DNA of 64,000 nucleotides, taken from contig NC_092670.1 in the NCBI RefSeq assembly GCF_964355755.1, positions 12,634,795 through 12,698,794 on the forward strand, written 5' to 3'. Source of the stretch: Antedon mediterranea (lineage: Eukaryota > Animalia > Echinodermata). The notes beneath the pieces were generated by a model. The model did no database searches, was not told where the DNA came from, and was given only the letters and a program-made list of their open reading frames with translations. This document shows positions 27,445 to 38,581 of the stretch, in pieces; the first letter of the stretch is position 1, and each line of letters begins with the position of its first letter. Position numbers and translations under genes: made by a program.

Positions 27445-27629
27445 CTACCGATGTTTTTCTTGTTTTTGTGTACGTTTCTTTTCTTTTTCTTTACGATCTA
27501 AGGCCGCTTGTTTTTGTTTTTCTTGTTGTAAACGATTCTGTTCTTTACGCTGTTCGTGTTGGCTCTTATCTTTCTCTCGTTGCTCTCGCTGACGCTTCGC
27601 TACGTCTTCTGCGTTCCTGTTTTTAAAAC
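27445..27629 (-). CDS. CCDC43: CCDC43 last coding exon (GFKNRNAEDVAKRQREQREKDKSQHEQRKEQNRLQQEKQKQAALDRKEKEKKRTQKQEKHR*)
   Basis: F.N.N.EDV and RKEKEKKRTQ coiled-coil C-terminus typical of CCDC43. TAG stop at 27445-27447. An alternative in-frame acceptor would start the exon at 27635. Total CDS is 630 nt, divisible by 3. Confidence 0.9.
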
Positions 27630-28068
27630 CTGCGACTATTCATAGTTGAGGAAAAGTATCAACATTAAATTTTAAAATCTAAAAGTGTAGTTTTTAATTA
27701 AGATCTGCTTCAGTAGTTACAGACCAAATGAATGGTAATAGTTTCAATTGCCATTGACTTATGTCAACTTTTTAGTTTTGTTTATTATATTTTGTTTATA
27801 GGTTTCTTGTTTATTTTGTTATTCTTTACTATGGATGCACTTTCCTCTTGTTCGAGTGCCAATGTTACAAAAGTGTAAACTCCAAATAAATTATTATTAC
27901 CGGTATTAAAATAAAATGAAGCATTATTGGCCTATTTGATTGTGTAATTTTGTGCTCAATAAAAAATCTGTTATTTCATTGGAATATTAATTAGTTAATT
28001 AGTATTAATTACTCAAGATTAATGTTAAAAATAACTTAAATACTATGTTCAGGGTTTATAAAGGATAC
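27630..28068 (-). other. U12-type GT-AG intron (CCDC43 intron 4)
   Basis: 5' GTATCCTTT. Branch-like TTTTCCTCAAC lies just upstream of tandem acceptors TAG (27638-27636) and CAG (27632-27630), with no polypyrimidine tract in between. Confidence 0.82.
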
Positions 28069-28106
28069 CATCATCGTTGCCATCCTGGTCTTCTTCATCC
28101 TCTTCA
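28069..28106 (-). CDS. CCDC43: CCDC43 coding exon 4, 38-nt acidic exon (NEEDEEDQDGNDD)
   Basis: Preceded by branch sequence TTACCTTAAC and an AC 3' splice site, followed by |GTATCCTTT. Phases 2 to 1 join exons 3 and 5 in frame. Confidence 0.85.
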
Positions 28107-28532
28107 GTAAACTTTGGGTTAAGGTAAACAAATAAACAAAATCGTTTGCAATAAACCTATGTTCAATTATTAACTCCAGGTGAGGCGGGCTTATACCCAC
28201 ATTTAGTATCGCAATATAGATTCTCTGTATTGTATCACATATCATAGGCAAATTCTGTCTTATATTTATCACATGTGATGCCTGTATTATGTGAGGGATG
28301 TGATAGAGGTGTCGCATGTTATACATAACAGTGTATCACAAAATTTGTGGTGATGTATAACTTATAAATATATATAAAGTACAGATAATCTGCTATATAA
28401 TTCAGTTAGTCACACCAAATCTACCGATAAACCAGATAATTTCACATTATTAAGTGACCAACAGTTTAATGTTCCATCTGAAGGACAAACTAAATTTTGT
28501 AAAATATGAATGAAATGAAGATAAAAGGATAT
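28107..28532 (-). other. U12-type AT-AC intron (CCDC43 intron 3)
   Basis: 5' ATATCCTTT, branch TTACCTTAAC at 28127-28118, ends TTTAC. Reading frame is preserved across it. Confidence 0.88.
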
Positions 28533-28671
28533 TTGTCAGATATTTCAGCATATTGTGCTAATAGCCGTTGCTTTTCTGCAGTTGATTGGTTGCTAGCAAC
28601 TTCTTTTTTCAGAACTGTAGTAGCATGTTTTTCCATTATAGAAGCCATCTTAGATTCTGAACTTTCCGAAG
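28533..28671 (-). CDS. CCDC43: CCDC43 coding exon 3 (SSESSESKMASIMEKHATTVLKKEVASNQSTAEKQRLLAQYAEISD)
   Basis: Acceptor ttcttccag|. LLAQYA motif. Ends at U12-type donor |ATATCCTTT, phase 2. Confidence 0.88.
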
Positions 28672-29125
28672 CTGGAAGAATAAAAAAAATGTATTCTCTT
28701 AATATGAAAGATTTCACAGTTGTGCAGATTTTATGTGCCTTTTTTTCGAAAACATTAAAGTACAAAGGTAAAGTTAGGCCTATGACTATGCACACGCACA
28801 GCCTTAACCAACCAGGCAGTTTTTATTATAACTTCTTTCATTCAATTGGGCCTAGGCCTAGCGTTATTATTCACCTCTATTAGACCACCGATTACCCCAT
28901 TAACTGACCTGGAAAAAATACACTTGTGATGTCTAGCAGCAGTGACCAAAAGGTGATAAAAAAAAACAGTACAGACAATTAGATTAAAAAATAATACAAG
29001 AATAAGTATTATTATTATATATTAATATTAAATTAAAAATGACATGCGAATAAAAACATGTTTTAAACTTCACGGTCCAGTAAACAAATCAGGGATTTTC
29101 CCAAAATTTACTGTACTAAACTTAC

Positions 29126-29216
29126 AATTGCCATTGTCAATTCCTGGTGTTGCTTGTTCAGTTTCATGCCATTTTGTTATTATTTCTTTACAAGTTGATT
29201 CTACAACCTCTTCCTC
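29126..29216 (-). CDS. CCDC43: CCDC43 coding exon 2 (EEEVVESTCKEIITKWHETEQATPGIDNGN)
   Basis: Acceptor ttttacag|, donor |gtaagt, 91 nt, phase 0 to 1. CKEI..KW motif fits CCDC43. Confidence 0.88.
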
Positions 29217-29617
29217 CTGTAAAATATTTTAAAAAGTAATGCCTATGTTGATGGTTGCAAAGATGATAGTTTACAGTAGTAGTAGCAGTTGAGTAGCTAG
29301 GTGATATTAATAATAATTAATTAATATAAATGTACTAATTGTATGTATCTAGCTAGTGTAGGCTAGCCTAGTTACTTAGTAGGTCTAATTTTTTAGCTAG
29401 AAATAATAATGACTAGGCTAAATGATAGAATTAATTCTACATTCCCTAAATAGGAGCATTGGTTCGCCCTCTATAGCCTAGCTAGGCCCAAGTCTTTCGG
29501 TGGTTTTTATTGACAACACACGGCCGGCCGGCCGCAACCAAAGCAGGCACCACTTTTAACTTCCTTCTCATTCATTCATTCATTCAATAAAATTGGGCTA
29601 GGCCTAGCGATATTTAC

Positions 29618-29794
29618 CTCTGTTACACCACCGATTACCCCATATAATGCTTCTGATTTGTCTTCATCCGATATATCTTCTGTTTCCAAAATGCCTGTAA
29701 TATAGCTACCGAAAACCTCATGGTCTATACTCAACTGTTCGAGTCTTTTGATGAGCCACGACCCGAAGTCAGGCTCACATGTCGCATTCGCCAT
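29618..29794 (-). CDS. CCDC43: CCDC43 coding exon 1 (MANATCEPDFGSWLIKRLEQLSIDHEVFGSYITGILETEDISDEDKSEALYGVIGGVTE)
   Basis: ATG in AACATGGCG context at 29794. F..WL..RL..L..D..V...YI.GIL pattern of the CCDC43 PWI-like N-terminus. Donor GAG|gtaaat, phase 0. An in-frame upstream ATG at 29803 is possible. Confidence 0.9.
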
Positions 29795-32164
29795 GTTGAT
29801 CATGACCAAATATGGACATTTAATATTGCCAGGGAAATATACAGGTACATAATTGGGTACCCAAACTTGGTTCTAAATTTATGAAAGGCAATCGTCGCCA
29901 AAAAGGCACAAGTTAGAAGGATAACTATATTAATCGATTTCACGAACGAAGCGCATTACGTAATATAAATCATCACTTGATATTGTCATCACCTCTAATC
30001 TTCTCTATATCAATCATTCAGTTGTTCTTACTATGTTTGATAGCAAAAGTTTGATATAAAAATCCGATACAGCAAATAAAACAAATTCAATTTTGATCGT
30101 CTTTGATTTGGTGCTATTCCGACAGGACGTTTATCTTGAAAATAATGATGTTTGGAATATGCCACAAAACTACTATTCTGTTTGAAATGTTATTTTTATA
30201 TTGGTAGGCTACAACAGAGACCGTAACTATTATTTATGAAACTAAGGTAATTTAATTTATTTAACAAAGGCATAGGCCTACTTACCTTATACCTACAAGA
30301 ACAGCATTAATCATTCAGACGTCGACAAAGTTTTCAGATCCTCCCACCATTACGGTAAAACCGTAAAAAGTATTGTATGAAGTATGTGTATCACACAATC
30401 AAAACAACGGCAGGAGAATGCCATTTCATTGGATATCGATCATTCGTTAATATATGCAAAGAATGTATACATCTGTAGGCTCAAATATTTGGTGATAAGC
30501 GTTTATTTTCTATGTAATGCATGCTATGCATCAGTTTAATGTTTTTTTAAATATAATATACTGTAAACACGTTTTTTTTAAATTACGCAATTAAAATGTA
30601 TCGGGACGCGATATTTCTTTTCGTACATAATTAGTTAGGGACCCATCATGAAACGTCACAAAATAAACATGAATATTCATTAGAGTGTGACGTAAGAATT
30701 GATCTAATAACAATTCACTAATGCAAACGCTTTCTGTCGAGCCTCTGTTTTGACTATGGACTTTGCATGTAGATGTATGGGGTTCAAATCCCATGAGCAA
30801 CTTCTTTTTACTTTATAGTAAGAGAGATTGTTTAGAGGGTTAGGTTTAGCTATATTTTATTAGGAAGTAGTTCGGCTATCTTTCACATAAGGGATAAGGG
30901 GTGCCCACTCATGTACGAAAAAACATCGCGCACGGGATCCCGTTTTTTGGGGACGGACTATGTCATTTTGCCGTGTCCCAAACGGCTCCCCGTAGAGAAG
31001 AACACAATGACGTAATGTATTAAAACGATCAATCCTTATTTCTGTATTTATTAAGTTCTTTTACTGTATTTAAATATCCTAATGTACATAATTAAAGTAT
31101 ATAGATGACACACTGCCTTTGAGGTAGAATGTCAGGAATTGTTGTAGGATCGTAGATGCAACGCGAGCGAGTTGACCAATGACAACCAATAGTTTGAATA
31201 ATCCATGATTGGTCAAATCATTTACGTTGTGCTTACGTCCTTGGGCTGCGTCTGGGATCAATCATTACCATGTCTGTAGTTAGTTCACAGACCAATTATA
31301 TACAGTGGAACCCTTAAAGAGCCATAAAGTGACTCTTAATTGTGTTGGCTGTTTAGTATTAAAACATATTATAGCCCCCTCATTCACAGAAAAGTTGTAC
31401 AGTAATAGGTGTTGTAACTGTACCCATTACAATGCACACATGTATTCTCCGCCCAATAATACCCCCACCTCCTCCTTCCTCCAAACAAAATTTATTTTTG
31501 CGCCAATTATTAATTGTTCTGTTCTAATCTAAACTATTTACAGAGAATTAAATACAGTAAGATATATATTAACACTATTCTAAATAAGATTCTTTCTAAA
31601 TATCTATTATTGCAACATTTCTAATATAATATACAATATGTTGTAACAAGTTGATTGCAAAAAAATATGTTTTTACTATAGCAGTAAATTTAAGAATTAT
31701 CATTTCAGTTTAAAAAATAGTTTACATAAAAAACAGAATCATTTTACCATACCCCACCCTTACCCCATTACTTCACCCAATCTCTATACTTCTGGATCCC
31801 CTTAATGTTTTATCTCCAACCCCCTTTGTAGTATCTACACCTATACTGTTCATTTTCACCCCAACCCCTTTACAGCATCCCCATAAATATCTATATCCCA
31901 GCCCTCTTACCCTGCCCTTTGTAACTCCCATTAGCTCATTGTAGCAAACTACATAATGAGCAAGGCAATCTAACATTAACAACAGGATTCTTCGGAGACC
32001 TTAACACATGCCGTGCGCCACAGAGAATGTGTACATAGTGCAGTACTGTTGGTATTTGTTGCAGCCAGCCAGACAGCTCAGTGTCCTGTTGTTAGATTGC
32101 CTTGGTCTTCTTTTAATCACTAAAGGGCAATCCATCTCCATTTCTATTTAAACATTGAGTGCAG

Positions 32165-32257
32165 TTATTCATTGTTCTGATTGGACGTTGATTGCAATGA
32201 ATTCTCCAACTCAGCAGGAATTATGCCACGATCAATTGAAAGACACCATTTTTTATA
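32165..32257 (-). CDS. CREBL2: CREBL2 last coding exon (YKKWCLSIDRGIIPAELENSLQSTSNQNNE*)
   Basis: Acceptor tttgtttcag|. YK.WC...D.G.IP continues the CREBL2 consensus. TAA stop at 32165-32167. Confidence 0.9.
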   Translation of the reverse strand, partial: YKKWCLSIDRGIIPAELENSLQSTSNQNNE

Positions 32258-32866
32258 CTGAAACAAAAAACAAATTGAAAAATAAGAAGAAGGAAAACAG
32301 AAATTACAGTATTTATTTATACTTTATTTTTATTTAGAGAGGCTAACCCTATAACACATAATATATGGTCCAATATTCTTAAAAATTACTTAATATTTTG
32401 CAATTTTACACTGTTCAAAATAATGGAAGAGCCATTACAATGTATAGAAATCCATAGCTAGCCCAATAAAACTATAGAATAGTATGGTTGTTTTTGTTTT
32501 CTGTGAGTCTGTGTGGCATTTATCATACATGAGTACACCTACAACAGTCACTGTGCATATCTATATAATAGCACTAACCCAAAATGTGTTATTTTTAAAC
32601 TACTGCATGATCAAAACCTGCGCTATTTCAGATGTGGCACCTTCAAGGCCTACTGTACTGTAATTTAATTCTCCTTAAAATCCGGTTATATTAGGCTGAT
32701 GACAGTTTTTTTGCGAAAAATGTATATTTTTACACCATGAATTCATTAATTGGATAGTACCTGTCTATTGAGACTAAAAACTGCTTTTACTTCAATCAAT
32801 CAATAAAATATAAAAAAGACCTTTAGTTTAAACTCTACATGTAAGGTTTGCTCTCTGGATACTCAC

Positions 32867-33073
32867 CAATTCAAGTTCTTCACGTAGAGTACAGATTGAA
32901 CGTTCTTTATTTGCGACCATATCATCAAGGTACTTATAGCGTTGTTTTTTCCGAGCTCTACATTCTCGTGCACTCTGCCGACTTCGTTCAAGCTTCTGTT
33001 TCTGGTCAATTTGGGCTGGGCGGCGACCACGCTTGGAAACTTTTCTCGTCTTATCACCAGTGGTACTTTTTTT
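32867..33073 (-). CDS. CREBL2: CREBL2 exon 2, bZIP basic region and zipper
   Basis: KRGRRPAQIDQKQKLERSRQSARECRARKKQRYKYLDDMVANKERSICTLREELEL matches the CREBL2/REPTOR-BP family. Acceptor ttcttccag|, donor |gtgagt. Confidence 0.95.
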
Positions 33074-33360
33074 CTGGAAGAAAAGAAATTCAAACACTCT
33101 AATGATTAATGTCCAATCACTACTTGAAGAAAAAACAAATTTACTTTTCAACTTTTTATTATTACCTACTGGCTTACAAAATAATAATTACGTCGTCTAG
33201 TATTAAGCTAAACCTATCTGCATACATTATTGGTTAAGCCTAGACTTCAATATATGAGCTAGTGTAGGTACATAGGCTAGCACAGAACAGAGTACTTTCT
33301 ACACACTTTTAGCACTGCAGCCAGCCTAGCCAGGTTTGATGTTGAGCATATTTTACTTAC

Positions 33361-33465
33361 GTGATGTAAATCTGGTTGACGTTTTCTCACTGAATCATCG
33401 TGATCTTCATTATCATCAATATCCATAGCATCTATTGAATATTTCGAATCATCTTCGTGTGTCAT
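33361..33465 (-). CDS. CREBL2: CREBL2 coding exon 1 (MTHEDDSKYSIDAMDIDDNEDHDDSVRKRQPDLHH)
   Basis: ATG at 33465, strong donor |gtaagt, phase 0 compatible with the bZIP exon. Confidence 0.75.
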
Positions 33466-33539
33466 TATAGAGGCTAATTTTACAAAAAAATGTAGTATAA
33501 GCCCAGCGTATTCGACCAAAACAAAAGACTATTTTGGAA

Positions 33540-33569
33540 TGACGTAGTTTCAAAACAAAGATGACGTAA
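33540..33569. promoter_or_regulatory. Two CRE/ATF-like sites (TGACGTAG, TGACGTAA) just upstream of CREBL2
   Basis: Motifs at 33540-33547 and 33562-33569, 75-105 bp upstream of the ATG. Function is inferred only. Confidence 0.4.
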
Positions 33570-34951
33570 CGTATGTACTGGGTATGGAAGGCAATCAACG
33601 CCAGAAACACGAACATCAGTTTTTATCGCGCAACCATTCATGATCACAACGATCCTCCGATATTAAATAATATACTATTGCTTTCCTATTTACGTTTCTT
33701 TATAAAATTTAAAGAATAATGTAAATATATATTTCCTTGATTGATGTATGATTTAATAAATAAAATGATTAGCGCCATCTATTGTTTATCTTCTATCGAC
33801 AACCTAACATCCGACATAATGGAAATTTTGACAGGCTAAATTTTAGTTTGTGATGAGAGCACACTTATTTCGAACAAAACAGGCAACACATAATAACTTG
33901 TATTTACTACTCTTTCATACGGCAGCGTTCTATTTTTGTCCATATACTAAGTACCAATCTATAAATCGGGCAGTAGTTCCAAATTAATTAGGCTTCTTAC
34001 TGTACTGGTTTTGTTTGCCGTTTTTTAAATTTAACAACCTGCCTCTCTCTAATTCCCTCTCAATGGATTTAGTTCTCATTCATGTGGTGAATTAAAATAG
34101 GACAATGCCCTTTTTTTTTAATGACGATTTAAAAGATTTATTTAAAAAGTAAGGTCATCAAAAAATTCCACCAGTATTTAAGATTTGACTTTTGTAAGTT
34201 GAAGTGCGGTTTTGTTTTGTACAGTACTTGTACTTTCAAAACGTATACCATTGTTTCAACAAAAGTATTTCTTGGGTTTGTTGGTTATATCAACTTGTCA
34301 GCCTAGTCCACTTAGCTACCTAGTTAGCTTAGTAATAGTTAACATTCTCCATGAGTTAACTAAGCAAACGTAGGTTATTTACCGTTAAAAGCAATCTAGT
34401 TAGCAAGAAAAGGTTGTTAGTTACTAGACAAGTTGACAACTTCTCTTCCGAAGAAAACTAGTTTACAACTGGTCTACTAGCAAACTTTTTAAAACCTCTG
34501 TTGCCTAACTCAAGAGTTTGCTTGGGTTTGCAAACTAGACAAGGTTAATGAAATTGATATGGGCTGGGCATACACTCTAATGTGAGTAGGCATACTTATT
34601 GTCTTATGAGACCCAACGCTCCATGAAGTGGAATTCCATTAAATACCACATTTCCTATTCAGCTTTCCTGCGTGGAAGTAGAAATCTACACAGATGAATT
34701 AATATCGGCGGAAGAAGCGATGATTATTGAAGACAATGACACTCATTTAATTAGAATATCATTTGCATATTCATGAGGCTGGAGATGCCATTGTTTAATG
34801 AAAAAACAGTGTGGGTAGAAGCGTTACTAGTGGGCAAAAAATGTACCAATGCATGACACGTTGATATACTTGATATTTCACAACTTGTCGCTGTATGTAG
34901 TATTCGATGTGAAATAACTATAATTTTGCATAATTATTTGCATATATATCC

Positions 34952-36797
34952 ATATGTGTACCGCCAAACCAAAACCAGGCGTTTGTCGGCAGCAAGGGAT
35001 TTCTGTAAAATGCTTCTGAATGTGTAAAACCTATATCTTGACCATTTTTAGTTTTTTAAATAATCTTACAGAAAATTTACCGTAGATTCCAAAAATCTAG
35101 GTATTTTAAAGAAATTATAAGTATAAATCAATGAAAATAACATTTTAATGAGACCCCCTTTTTCGTCTTTGGTGAAAAAATCAAGTTCTATTCTGTAATT
35201 TGTGTCTATTTCTAACCAACTTTTACCTCTTTGATTATGAGAAGACCCCTTAATGTGTGGTATTTTTAGAAAGCTCGTGAAAAAATCTTTCCAAAGATAA
35301 AGGTTGTAGGTCATGTAAAATAATAGTATAGCCAATCAAACACATTCTTTAATAACCTTTTGGTATAAGCAAACCAGTCTTGTTGCTACGGAATCCTGAA
35401 ACAGGCAATTTGATTGGCTAACAGAGTGGCTCAAGTCATTGAAGCGTTAAATTTGCCTTTAACAGCTATTCAAAGTACACTGAGGAAGCGGTAAGGTTTT
35501 AACAAAACATTCTTACTGTAAAAAACATTTAATATTAATTTATACTTGCTATTTATGCATCCTAGATAATAATAAAACAACCTAGAATAGTTTAATGATT
35601 TATATAATATGAAAAGTAGAAATATTGGCTTCGCTAGCGAATCGTAAACAACAAGAGGTTAGAAAGTACGAAATGACTTTCTAGCGCGACACACTCAGTT
35701 TGGTGAACACAGAAACACTTTTGATCAAAATATTAGGCCTAGCCTAGGCATAAGATAAGAGATGAACTGTATGCCAGCTTAGTACTTCAAGTTAGCCTAG
35801 TAAAACCACCTAGCATACCTTGGTCTAGGCCTAGCCCAAAAAAAAAAGATTTTTAAATGTGTTTAAAAAAGTTTAATTTAATTTTCCATTCTGTTTTCAG
35901 ATCTTGATTGGTAATTAATACTGTAAATGTATACCAATAGTTTTGACAGTGGTGGTGATGCTGTTGCTACTTTCTCTTCTCAAACAACTCCAATAATGGT
36001 GATACGGTGCTTAATATAACTTTACAAAAATGACTTTGATTCTGATGATACATGACACATGTATTCTATTATGCAACGTAACCCTGAATAAAACCGTGAA
36101 ATAATTGTATCGAAAAATATGTATGTATTTAAAACTTAAAGACCCGGCACAAAAGATGATAATACTGTTGTAACACGCAGCCTGAAATGACCAAAATGTT
36201 ATAATTTAAAGTGTACCAATTGTAAATAAATTTAAACACATATCAAACACAATCAACTGTCTGTGTATCATTAATTTTGGTTCATTTCTATATGTTGTAT
36301 TTTTATTGTCACTTTATTAATAGTACTTATTTATAGTTATTACAAGCCTCGCACATAACATAAGTTTAGTAAAAAAAAGTTTACTAACGTATGTTGTTAT
36401 TTGAAGTCTCATTTGACAATGTTAATGTTACTGGATTTCTTTGAAAATTTCAATGATTATAGAAAAATGTATTAGTTACATTTGTGCTAAATTTCAATGT
36501 CATAGGTATACTAGAAGTTAGCGTTGTCAAGGTGAACATGAGTCGCTGTCTGCCAGCACATTTAAACTTCCTGTTTGAACTATTGTTGATCTTTGAATGC
36601 ATTTTTCACTGCTAAATAAAAATGAATTCTTACTTGTATTTCTTTACTTATTGTATCATAACTCTAAAAATACTTGACCAAATTGAATAATTTTTTCAGT
36701 ATTTTAAAGCAAATTATGTGCTCTGTACAAATATCTTTAAAACTCAAAATGTCACATTTACGACAAATGCCTGGTTTTGATTTGGCTGTACACATAT
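34952..36797. mobile_element. ~1.85-kb non-autonomous TIR element, unclassified
   Basis: 37-bp inverted repeats at 34952-34988 and 36761-36797 (ATATGTGTAC.GCCAAA.CAAAACCAGGC.TTTGTCG, 3 mismatches). No transposase ORF inside. Confidence 0.78.
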
Positions 36798-37208
36798 AAT
36801 ATGAGTTTTTGCATTGCACTATTTTATTAATTTTATTCTAAATATCTTGGCATTTTACTATTAATTCCAATAAGATTACAGGGGACACTTGAAAAAAAAA
36901 ACAAACATGGGACCGGGGAAATATTAATTGTACACCATATACGACCAACTTCTATTTAGGGTACACGCCTAGGGGACATTTTGGGTCCTGTAAGGTTCAC
37001 CCATATATTATGGGTTCTGTATTAATAATACAAAATACAACTCTTTTACAGCAATCCTGGTTTGATGAAAATCGGTATTGCTATTTTAAATCGAAAGTTA
37101 TTATACTACTAGGTACTGTGTAGTGAGACGTTGACTATTTGAATGGTCACAATGATCAAATACTGTAATCGTTGAAAGTGAAACAAACACAATCAATATT
37201 TATTCTTA

Positions 37209-37325
37209 ACTTCTGTCTACACTATCAAACAAAAAACGTGATGTAACCATGGACATGATGATGCCATGTCACTGCCATATTTGGACACATCACATTTTTT
37301 TGTGTAGACAATGTAGACAGAGATT
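37209..37325. mobile_element. Degenerate MITE of the AGCTCTGTCTACACTATCAAACT family
   Basis: TCTGTCTACACTATCAAAC...TGTAGACAGA ends and the shared interior. Confidence 0.7.
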
Positions 37326-38462
37326 AACAGAAAAAAGTTGGTTTGATTTAGCGGCAATATTGGTGGGCTTTCTGGTTGGGCGCCATAAGTTTAAATATTT
37401 GCATTGAAATCTGCAAGAGGAATCGATGGCATCAACATGAAATTAGACATTTGAAGATGGTCTTTTCCCGAGATGTTTTTCCCAAGACATAAGATAGCAC
37501 AATAAAGAATCAAAAAGCATTCCTTTTTTTAAATATTGGAGATTTTATTCAACACGAGAATGTCAGGGCGTGCTTGTAAACACGTAGGAAAGGCACTGAT
37601 GTTCTTCATAACACTTCGAGCGAATACATTAATAATTGTAAAGATCAAGACTGAGAAGGAATATTCAGTAACGGTTGCATGAAACAAATTACCAACAAAA
37701 TGGAAAAGTTAGAACGATATAATTGGATTACAAAAGATGTAATGCTATTCACCTTTGACCTCAGTTTCGCTCCTCAAGACATTTCTAGTTTAGAACGAAG
37801 TGTGAATGTATGTTAAAAACACCTTATTTACTTAAAATGATGACAAAAATTAAGTTCCTCCAATATTTGATCAGTTTTTTTTTCAGTTAGTAATTGGTTT
37901 GCTTTTGTACAATTTGCATGTTAAAATATACAAAAATATGATTTTCAATAACTTAACAATTTAGCCTACAAGTTTTTTAAAGAGAGAAAAAAAGTGAAAA
38001 TGGTTGACCACTACTTAGATTATTGTAACTACACCATCAAAGATATGACAGAAAAGAAAAAAAAAACACATTTTGAAAAGAAAGTGAACATCATGTTTCG
38101 TTTTGGTAGTCATAAATTATAAGTTTGTTTCGACATACCAATTATTTTCCATTTCTTAATATATATACTGTTTAATTTTTCTTAATTATGTAAAATAAAA
38201 ATGAAAAGCAAATATACAAGCAAAAATAATGTTAATTCAGAAACAGACATTTTTATGAGAATTTGAATGTTGATCATTATCATGATTTGTTAATAAATGG
38301 ATTAACCACAGATGACTATATAAAAAAATTATTGATGTACAGTTTATTCTGATATGTTATTAAGTTCTATGTAAGATAATGTATGTTTCACATGTTAGTT
38401 TAAAAGGATGTTGAAATGTGTAATTAACTTCTGAAAAAGAAAGTGATTCGTGGAATGAAGAC

Positions 38463-38581
38463 CAGGGGCGGATCCAGGGGTATTTTTTGGTGACCATTTC
38501 TAGATGAGGAGCAGCAGGGTTTTAACATTGTCACCCCTCCAAAATGGCTCCTCTTTTTTTCCACCATTGGATCCGCCACTG
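38463..38581. mobile_element. ~120-bp hAT-like MITE followed by a degenerate (ATG)n tract to ~38735
   Basis: Ends CAGGGGCGGATCCA / TGGATCCGCCACTG. The 8-bp flanks match only 5/8. Confidence 0.6.

Noticed and set aside
27377-27592. Plus-strand Cys/Phe-rich ORF
   Set aside because: Antisense shadow of the Lys/Glu/Gln-rich CCDC43 last exon.
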